Positions 1-6,960 of a DNA stretch of 28,072 nucleotides are shown piece by piece. The translations under genes and the position numbers were made by a program. The notes below the pieces were generated by a model, which did not search any database, was not told where the DNA came from, and saw only the letters and a list, made by a program, of their open reading frames with translations. Position 1 is the first letter of the stretch, and the number at the start of each line of letters is the position of its first letter. This DNA comes from Abditibacteriaceae bacterium (GTDB lineage: Bacteria > Armatimonadota > Abditibacteriia > Abditibacteriales > Abditibacteriaceae), in NCBI GenBank assembly GCA_031372065.1, contig JANMKN010000254.1:1-28072 (forward strand), read 5' to 3'.

Positions 1-360
1 ATCTTCTTTTTGCTCGTCTTTTTTATGATGACCAGCTTGGCGATGGTGCAACTCGATGGCAAACGCGTCCAGTTGCCCGAAAGCGGCACCGCGACGCTGA
101 ATCCGCAAGAAAAAGTGGTGGTTTCCATCACCAAAGAAGGCGGCGTTTATGTCGGTCAGGACGCCACTCCCGATGCGCAAATTTTGCCGTTGTTGGCGGC
201 GCGTGTGCAAAAGAATGCCGAAGTCACGGTGATTATCAACTGCGACAAAGGTCAGCGCATTGAACGCTTTCAGAAAGTATTCGATTTAATCAAGCAATCC
301 AACGCGCGCAACGTGATGATCGCCACCTCGCCCAAAAGCGCGGCTGTGGCGGCAGAATGA
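1..360 (+). CDS. exbD: ExbD/TolR family biopolymer transport protein (5' end lies outside the window)
   Basis: Frame is open from base 1 (IFFLLVFFMMTS, the ExbD TM helix). It continues with V.LP, VVVSITKEG and VIINCDK...KVFDLIKQ, typical of the ExbD periplasmic domain. Confidence 0.9.
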   Translation: MFFLLVFFMMTSLAMVQLDGKRVQLPESGTATLNPQEKVVVSITKEGGVYVGQDATPDAQILPLLAARVQKNAEVTVIINCDKGQRIERFQKVFDLIKQSNARNVMIATSPKSAAVAAE

Positions 361-477
361 ATTAACCACAGAGAACGCGGAGAGCGCAGAGAAAGGAGAA
401 TATGTCGGTAAAAGTCATCTTCTCTTTCTTGATTTCTCAGTAATTCCTCTGTGGTCTCCGTGGTCTCTGTGGTTAAT
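361..477. repeat. Intergenic long inverted repeat built from 9-mers (ACCACAGAG-type element)
   Basis: Ends ATTAACCACAGAGA (361-374) and TCTCTGTGGTTAAT (464-477) are perfect inverted repeats. Each arm has three imperfect 9-mers (ACCACAGAG/AACGCGGAG/AGCGCAGAG vs CTCTGTGGT/CTCCGTGGT/CTCTGTGGT). Confidence 0.85.
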
Positions 478-484
478 AAATCAA

Positions 485-970
485 ATGAAAATAACGCAAG
501 CTCCCATTAAGAAGGCACGCATTGAAATCATTCCGATGATTGATGTGATCTTCTTTTTGCTGGTCTTTTTCATGGTGTCCTCGCTTTCGATGGTGCGCAT
601 GAAAGGCGTCACGATGGCGTTGCCGCGTCAGGGCAATGGCGGCGAAAAAGGCGGGCAGGGCAATGCGGCTGGCCCGTCGAAATTAGTCGTCACGGTCAAC
701 CCGCAAGGCGATTATTTCATCGGACGCCGCAAAGTGAGCCGCGCAGAATTCAAAAACCAAATGGGCACAGCATTAGCGCGCACGCCGGATGCCATTGTCA
801 TTCTCAACGTCGCCAAAACGCAAAGCACGCAAAACCTGATTGACGTGATTGATTCGGTGAATACCACGCCGTCGCCTTCGGGCAAACCGCTGCAATTGCT
901 GATTGCCACCGAGCCGGTGGACGCCGAAGGCAATGCCCTGCCGCCCAATAAGCCGCAAGGCGCCCGCTAA
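485..970 (+). CDS. exbD: ExbD/TolR family biopolymer transport protein (second copy)
   Basis: KKARIEIIPMIDVIFFLLVFFMV carries the conserved TM Asp, followed by an ExbD periplasmic domain. Confidence 0.93.
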   Translation: MKITQAPIKKARIEIIPMIDVIFFLLVFFMVSSLSMVRMKGVTMALPRQGNGGEKGGQGNAAGPSKLVVTVNPQGDYFIGRRKVSRAEFKNQMGTALARTPDAIVILNVAKTQSTQNLIDVIDSVNTTPSPSGKPLQLLIATEPVDAEGNALPPNKPQGAR

Positions 971-971
971 A

Positions 972-1067
972 AGCTGTGAGCTGTGAGCTGTGAGCTGTGA
1001 GCTGTGAGCTGTGAGCTGTGAGCTGTGAGCTGTGAGCTAAAAGCTAAAAGCTAAAAGCTAAAAGCTA
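972..1067. repeat. Heptamer tandem repeat (AGCTGTG)x9 + (AGCTAAA)x4 + AGCTA
   Basis: Counted directly. It fills the spacer between the exbD stop and the GGAG ribosome-binding site (1072-1075) of the next gene. Confidence 0.97.
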
Positions 1068-1080
1068 TTTTGGAGTTCTT

Positions 1081-4000
1081 ATGTTTCGTGATCGCCTGCT
1101 GATTTTTTCGTTTTTCATTTCGCTGCTTATCAATACCTTCGCGGTGTGCGTAATCGGCGGTGTGACAGGGCGCGTGCCGCATTTTGGCCCGGAGCCAGCA
1201 AAGAAAAACGTGCTGCGTCCGGTGCGCATTGGCTCATATAAACCGCCCAAAGCGCCGCAAGTGCGTCCGACTCCGCCAACACCGAGCGCGCAAAACCGCT
1301 CTGCGGCCCGTAAAAACACCGCGCAAGCCAAAAATGCGCCGCGTTTAGCGAAAAATAAGGCTCCTCTGCCGCAAATCAAAGCGCAAAAAGCCGGTTTAAC
1401 TGCGAAGCAATTAGAACTGCTCCGCGCCGCGATGAATGCCAAAGCCGCGCAGGAGCGGGCGAAACAACCGCAAAGCAACGACAAAAATTCCTCTGGCAAA
1501 ATGGCGAAAGCCGACGGCGCTTCCGGTCAGGGCAAAGGCGGCGACAACAAAAACGGTCAGGGCAAAAACGCGGGCAATAAAGACAAACCTCGCATGGCAA
1601 AGGCCGATTTTGGCCTCAAAGACAAGCCCGCCAAAACACTACAGGCTAAAGCCACTCCTAAGCCCGATAACGCCGCCGAAGGCAAAGAAGACAAGGAAGA
1701 CGACACCGACGCCAAAGACGAAGACAATGTGAAAGACGACGCCAACGCCAAGGATGCCAAAGACGAAGCGGCGGCCAAGCCAGAAAATAAAAAACCGGCG
1801 CCCAAAGACGAAAAACAACAGCCGAAAAAAAGCGGCGAAAAATCGGACGCAAAAACCGAGATGAAATCGGGCAAGTTCACTCCGACCAAATTCGTTGGCG
1901 TTTGGGAACTCGCGCCCGACCAGAAAATCGTCTTGCCCAAAGAACTCAGCGCCATTAAATTCCCCGAAGACTTGCCGATTATGCCCGGCGTCAAGCCGCT
2001 GACGCCCGAACAAATCGAAGAATTGCGCAAGCTATTGCACGAACAGAATTTGAAACAATGGAAAGGCCTTACTAAAGAGCAACTGAAAAAGATGCTCGCC
2101 GCGCGCAAAGGTGCCGAGCGCAAGGACAGCGCCAAGCGCAAAGGCGGCACGCGCGGAATGCCGACAAAAATCGCCAAAGCCACGCCCAAACCGATTCCAC
2201 CACCCAAAAAAGAGGCGCCCAAACGCGCCCCACGCGAAGCCAAACTCAGCGACGAAGAGCAAGCCGCTATGCCGCAAGGTCTAACTTCGCCGTTTCGCTA
2301 CAAGCCGTGGACGCCCGCCTTTCAAAAATACGCTGCTTTAATCAAAGAACGCGAAGCCAAAAAATTAGCAGGCGCGCCCGACGAAACAGAAAAAACACCC
2401 GTCACGCCCAAAAACACGCCACCAACCACACCGCCGACAGCGCCAAAAAATCCGCGCCTCGCCTCCACCCAAGGCACGCCGCCGATTCCCGTTCCGCCGC
2501 CGAACGCACCCGAAAAAAACGTTCTCAATGGCGAAACCCCGCTGGTGCCGAATCCTCCAGTCACGCCGAATGCGGTAACGCCAAATGCGGTAACGCCGAA
2601 TGCGGGAAATACCGGAGCTAATGCTCCCGCTAACAACGGCGAAAAACCAAACGAAATTCTCGGCGCGAATAATCAAGAAAACGGCGCCAATAACGGCGCT
2701 GCCGGTGCCAACGCCGCCAATGGAAATACGGGAAATAATAATCCAAACGCGGGCGCCAACGCCGGAGGAAGTGCCGGAGGAAACGTGGGCGCTAATGCCG
2801 GTGGTAACAATGCGGCAAGCGGCGCCAACGCGACAAACAGCAATCCGGCAGGCGGCAATCCGGCAGGTGGCAACGCGGGAAATAATGGTGGCAACAACGG
2901 CAACAATCCCAACATTTTAGGCGCTGGTGGCGAAGGCGGACAAAACACCGGCACTGGCACTCCTGCCAACGCAGGCACGCCCGCCAATAATGGAAACGGC
3001 GGACAACCGGCGGGAGGCAACAACGCTGGCAATGCCGGAACCGGAAATGCGGGCAATGCCGGTGGCAACAACGCAGGCGGAAACGCCGGAGCCAACGCTG
3101 GGGCGAATGCTGGAAATAACGGCGGCAATTTATTAGGCGCCGGAGCCAATGCTGGCGGAAATGCTGGCAACAACGGAAATGCTGGCAACAATCCCAATAA
3201 TCAGGGCGTTTTGGGCGCTGGACAAGGCAACGCGGGAACTCCTGCACCGGCCAATGGCGCCAATGCTGGTCAACCCGCAGGCGGCAACGCCGGAGCTAAT
3301 GCAGGCGCGAACAACGCGGGCAACAATCAAAATAACGGCGGCAACCTTTTGGGTGCCGGTCAAAATAACGCGGGCGGAAATCCCCCCGCTAATGCTGGTA
3401 ACGCGGGCAACAATGCAGGTTTGTTGGGTGCCGGAGCCAATAACGCGGGCGGCAACGCAGGAACTAACACTGGTGCCAATGCCGGAGACGGTAATGCAGG
3501 TGGCAATGCGGGAAATGCAGGCAATAACGGTAATGCGGGTCTGTTAGGCGCAGGTGCCGGAAACGCGGGCGCTAATGCGAGCGGCGGAAACGCTGGTAAT
3601 AATGGCAATGCGGGATTATTAGGGGCCGGTAATGGCGGAGGCAATGCCGGGTCTGGAAATGCTGGCGGCGGAAACGCTGGCAACGGCGGCGCGGGAGGCG
3701 GCAGCGCTGGTGGTAGTGGCGGTGCGGCAGGAGGGGCGGCTGGTGGCGCCGGTCTGCTTGGTGCAGGCGGTGGCGCTGCGGGAAATGGCGGCGCAGCAGG
3801 CGGCGCCGGTGGCGGCGGAGGTAATGCTGGTGCTGGAGGTTCTGGAAGCAGTCAGGGCAATCCCGGTGGCGGTGCGGGCGGCGGCGGTGGCCTTAATGTT
3901 ATCGGCGCCGAAGGCAATGGCAAAGCCGAAGTCAGTGGCGAAACCAATAACGAAGGCCCAACCGATAGCGGCGATGGCAGCGGGGCAGGCGGCGATTTTG

Positions 4001-5613
4001 AAATTGGCCCGTTCAACGCGCTGGAAACTGACATGGAAGGCCTCGGTTTAGAGCAAGACATCAGCGGCGCTTATGATGCGTCGCTGTATGCCAACAGCAA
4101 TTTCACCGATACCGGTTTCACTCCGGCACAAGGCACCGCACCCGATCCGCCTGAGCATAATTCCGAATCAAAAGCCGGTCTTGCTGGCGCTTTAGTGCTG
4201 CCGCCGATGCCGCCCGTGGGCACCGCCAAAGGCCGCAATCGCGAATTACGCTTCCCCAAACCCAATACGCGCGCGGCGCTATCACCCCCAATGCCCAAAC
4301 CTGTGCCCCCACGCGCTACCGGCAGTTTGGCCCAGCGTCCGGCACCTAAGAAAACGCCGCCGCGTCGCATTGCCAAAATGCTACTACCGCCGCGTCAGGC
4401 GCCGACTGGCGAAACCGTGCCGCCGGGCCTTTCGGTTGGTTCCTATAGCCAGCAAGGCAGCATTCCCTTCGCGGCGCCGCGTTCGCGCTTGCCACTGGGC
4501 ACACCAGTGCCCGATCTCAGCACGATGCGCTCGCAAAACAAAGATGCGCGTCCGGCTCCTAATGCCGCACCACAACAGACCGCAGCGAATCCCAATCGTC
4601 AAACTCGTCCCGGTGACAACAAGAAAACGTCCGGTGCCGGACGCGACAATTTGCGCGTGCAAAATGGAAAACCAATGCCCGGCAAGCCAACGGCGGGCAA
4701 GAATGACGGCAAAGTGGCATCGTCCAAAAATGGCAAGCCCGCTGGCGGCAAAACGTCCGAAAAAGGCGCGCAATCCCGTTTGATGCAAGGTGCCCCCGGA
4801 CAAAATGGCAAACCGGCCAGTGGTCAGCCGCTCGGCCCGCAACAAGGGCAACCGGCCAAGCCAACGCCCGGCGTGCCGCAAAAAGCCACAGAGAAAGCCT
4901 CTGCCGAGCGCATGGCACAATTGGAGAAATCAACGGCAAAGTCCACACAAAATTCGCAGCTTTTAACGATGCTGGCGCGCCAGATTTTGGCGCAGCAAAT
5001 GGTCAATCAAAAAGTGCCCGGCAACGCCGCCAAAACGCGTCGTTATAACAACAGCAACGGCGTCAAAGACGGCTCGAAATCGCCGCTGCCGCCCACGCCT
5101 TTGCCCGATAGCGATGCTGAAATTGGCGATGGTTCGGGCCTTAAAGGCGAATATTATTTGGGTCGCAACTTCGATCAATACGTTTTCACGCGCGCCGACC
5201 CGAATATCGAATTTTTCTGGGGCGCCGACGCCTCACCGAGTCCGCGTTTGCCGGTTGGCGCCGACTGGACGGTGCGTTGGACGGGCAAAATCGAAGCGAA
5301 GTATTCCGAGAATTACACCTTCTACGCTGCCGCCGACGATGGTGTGCGCGTGTGGGTAGATCACAAACTCATCATTGACAACTGGTCGTTGCATCCGATG
5401 TTGCAATATTCGGGGCAAATCAAGCTCGAAGCGGGCAAACAGTATTCAATTCGCGTGGACTTTTTCGAAGGCGCTGGCCCGCCCGCTGCGGTTTGGCTTT
5501 ACTGGGAAAGCGCCAGCCAAAAGAAAGAATTTGTGCCGCAAGAACAGTTTTTCTACCCGCTCGCGGGCGATGATGCCGAGTTAGATAAAGACGAATTGCC
5601 GGGCAATTCCTAA
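1081..5613 (+). CDS. Giant TonB-like membrane-anchored protein: N-terminal TM helix, Pro/Lys-rich and acidic linkers, Asn/Gly/Ala low-complexity region, C-terminal PA14 domain
   Basis: GGAG RBS upstream. TM helix LLIFSFFISLLINTFAVCVIG has SxxxN (S14/N18) and is followed by a Pro-rich stretch. The C-terminus GLKGEYY...TRADPNIEFFWG...VRWTGKI...YTFYAAADDGVRVWVD...LEAGKQYSIRVDFFE...LYWES is a PA14 domain. It sits directly after the exbD pair. Confidence 0.85.
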   Translation: MFRDRLLIFSFFISLLINTFAVCVIGGVTGRVPHFGPEPAKKNVLRPVRIGSYKPPKAPQVRPTPPTPSAQNRSAARKNTAQAKNAPRLAKNKAPLPQIKAQKAGLTAKQLELLRAAMNAKAAQERAKQPQSNDKNSSGKMAKADGASGQGKGGDNKNGQGKNAGNKDKPRMAKADFGLKDKPAKTLQAKATPKPDNAAEGKEDKEDDTDAKDEDNVKDDANAKDAKDEAAAKPENKKPAPKDEKQQPKKSGEKSDAKTEMKSGKFTPTKFVGVWELAPDQKIVLPKELSAIKFPEDLPIMPGVKPLTPEQIEELRKLLHEQNLKQWKGLTKEQLKKMLAARKGAERKDSAKRKGGTRGMPTKIAKATPKPIPPPKKEAPKRAPREAKLSDEEQAAMPQGLTSPFRYKPWTPAFQKYAALIKEREAKKLAGAPDETEKTPVTPKNTPPTTPPTAPKNPRLASTQGTPPIPVPPPNAPEKNVLNGETPLVPNPPVTPNAVTPNAVTPNAGNTGANAPANNGEKPNEILGANNQENGANNGAAGANAANGNTGNNNPNAGANAGGSAGGNVGANAGGNNAASGANATNSNPAGGNPAGGNAGNNGGNNGNNPNILGAGGEGGQNTGTGTPANAGTPANNGNGGQPAGGNNAGNAGTGNAGNAGGNNAGGNAGANAGANAGNNGGNLLGAGANAGGNAGNNGNAGNNPNNQGVLGAGQGNAGTPAPANGANAGQPAGGNAGANAGANNAGNNQNNGGNLLGAGQNNAGGNPPANAGNAGNNAGLLGAGANNAGGNAGTNTGANAGDGNAGGNAGNAGNNGNAGLLGAGAGNAGANASGGNAGNNGNAGLLGAGNGGGNAGSGNAGGGNAGNGGAGGGSAGGSGGAAGGAAGGAGLLGAGGGAAGNGGAAGGAGGGGGNAGAGGSGSSQGNPGGGAGGGGGLNVIGAEGNGKAEVSGETNNEGPTDSGDGSGAGGDFEIGPFNALETDMEGLGLEQDISGAYDASLYANSNFTDTGFTPAQGTAPDPPEHNSESKAGLAGALVLPPMPPVGTAKGRNRELRFPKPNTRAALSPPMPKPVPPRATGSLAQRPAPKKTPPRRIAKMLLPPRQAPTGETVPPGLSVGSYSQQGSIPFAAPRSRLPLGTPVPDLSTMRSQNKDARPAPNAAPQQTAANPNRQTRPGDNKKTSGAGRDNLRVQNGKPMPGKPTAGKNDGKVASSKNGKPAGGKTSEKGAQSRLMQGAPGQNGKPASGQPLGPQQGQPAKPTPGVPQKATEKASAERMAQLEKSTAKSTQNSQLLTMLARQILAQQMVNQKVPGNAAKTRRYNNSNGVKDGSKSPLPPTPLPDSDAEIGDGSGLKGEYYLGRNFDQYVFTRADPNIEFFWGADASPSPRLPVGADWTVRWTGKIEAKYSENYTFYAAADDGVRVWVDHKLIIDNWSLHPMLQYSGQIKLEAGKQYSIRVDFFEGAGPPAAVWLYWESASQKKEFVPQEQFFYPLAGDDAELDKDELPGNS

Positions 5614-6899
5614 TGCGCTCCAAAATTTTCCTGTCACTTCTTTTAAGCGCCGCGCCAGCATGGGCGGCGCCAACCAAAACGCTGCCACTGGAACCGATTC
5701 CGGCAGTGCCGGAATCGGGCGTGCCACTGCAAAATGCGCCCGGCGACGGCGGAAATGGCGATGCGCCCGCTAATAAGTTGGATAGTGATCTCGTCGCGGC
5801 TATTGTTGATGGCGATGTGAAAAAAGCGGCAGATTTGCTCGCCAAAGGCGCCAATGTCAACGCGACGGATCGCTATAAATCCACGCCGCTGATGCAAGCT
5901 GTGGCGGTGGGCACCGAAGCGATGATCGGGCTTTTGCTCGACAAAGGCGCCGATGCCAATGCCCAAGATAAAGATGGCTTCACGCCGCTTTTAATTGCTG
6001 CGTATTCGGGTCGCACTTCCGTCGCTTCGATGTTGCTTAATAAAGGCACCGACCTGAAAACGACGGACGCCAAAGGTCACACCGCTTTGATGGGCGCGGC
6101 TTATTCGGGCAAAAGTGACATCGTGAAAATGCTTGTAGACAAAGGCGCCGATTTTCGCGCCCGCGATGCCGATGGCTTTACTGCGCTGATGGTCGCTGCT
6201 GGTTCGGGCAATGTCCAAAATGTGCAGCTTTTGATGTCAAAAGGCGCTTCGGTCAACACAACGACGGCCAGTGGTTTTACGCCGCTAATGCAAGCCTGCG
6301 GCGCCGGACGAGTGCGCGTGGTGAAGCTGCTTTTGCAGAACAATGCTTACGTCGAAACGCAAACTAAGCAAGGTTTTACGCCGCTTTTGATTGCGTGTTA
6401 CGCCGGTCAGCCGCGTGTTGTGGAGTTGCTTTTAGATCGCGGCGCGAATATCGAAGCGTTGGATGTCATCGGTCACACGCCGCTGATGGGCGCGGCTTAT
6501 TCGGGCAACGCCGACATTGCGCGTTTGCTTTTGCTGCGCGGCGCCAACATGGAAGTTCAAACGAAAAGCGGCCTCAACGCGCTGATGCAAGCGGCTTATT
6601 CGGGCAAGGCCGATGTGGTGAAATTGCTCATCGAACGCGGTGCCAATGTCGAAGCCAAAACCGCCAAAGGTTTGACGGCTTTGATGCAAGCCGCAGGTGT
6701 CGGCAATATGGAAATCGTGCGCTTGATTTTAGAAGCGGGCGCCGACATCAATGTGCTGGATATTTCCAAGCAAAATGCGCTCTCGTGGGCTAAAAAACGC
6801 CGTCAGGGTGACGTGATAGAGCTGTTGATTCAAGCCGGCTCCGAAGACTTACCCGACAAGCCCGAACCCGCCAAAGAGCCGACATCGAAAGGCACGTAA
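5613..6899 (+). CDS. Exported ankyrin-repeat protein (about 11 repeats)
   Basis: Signal peptide MRSKIFLSLLLSAAPAWA, then 33-aa repeats of G.T(P/A)L..AA..G....V..LL..GA. Its start overlaps the upstream stop (TAATG). Confidence 0.95.
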   Translation: MRSKIFLSLLLSAAPAWAAPTKTLPLEPIPAVPESGVPLQNAPGDGGNGDAPANKLDSDLVAAIVDGDVKKAADLLAKGANVNATDRYKSTPLMQAVAVGTEAMIGLLLDKGADANAQDKDGFTPLLIAAYSGRTSVASMLLNKGTDLKTTDAKGHTALMGAAYSGKSDIVKMLVDKGADFRARDADGFTALMVAAGSGNVQNVQLLMSKGASVNTTTASGFTPLMQACGAGRVRVVKLLLQNNAYVETQTKQGFTPLLIACYAGQPRVVELLLDRGANIEALDVIGHTPLMGAAYSGNADIARLLLLRGANMEVQTKSGLNALMQAAYSGKADVVKLLIERGANVEAKTAKGLTALMQAAGVGNMEIVRLILEAGADINVLDISKQNALSWAKKRRQGDVIELLIQAGSEDLPDKPEPAKEPTSKGT

Positions 6900-6901
6900 T
6901 C

Positions 6902-6955
6902 GTAGAGGCACGCTACGGCGTGCCCTTTTCAGGACACGCCATAGCGTGCCCCTAC
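6902..6955. repeat. GTAG-type REP doublet (REPIN-like)
   Basis: GTAG-AGGCACGC-TACG-GCGTGCCC is followed by the inverted copy GGACACGC-CATA-GCGTGCCC-CTAC. Confidence 0.8.
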
Positions 6956-6960
6956 TACTT

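Noticed and set aside
1065..5006. Numerous antisense and alternate-frame ORFs within the giant gene
   Set aside because: They are shadows of stop-poor, low-complexity coding sequence with no independent motifs or RBS.
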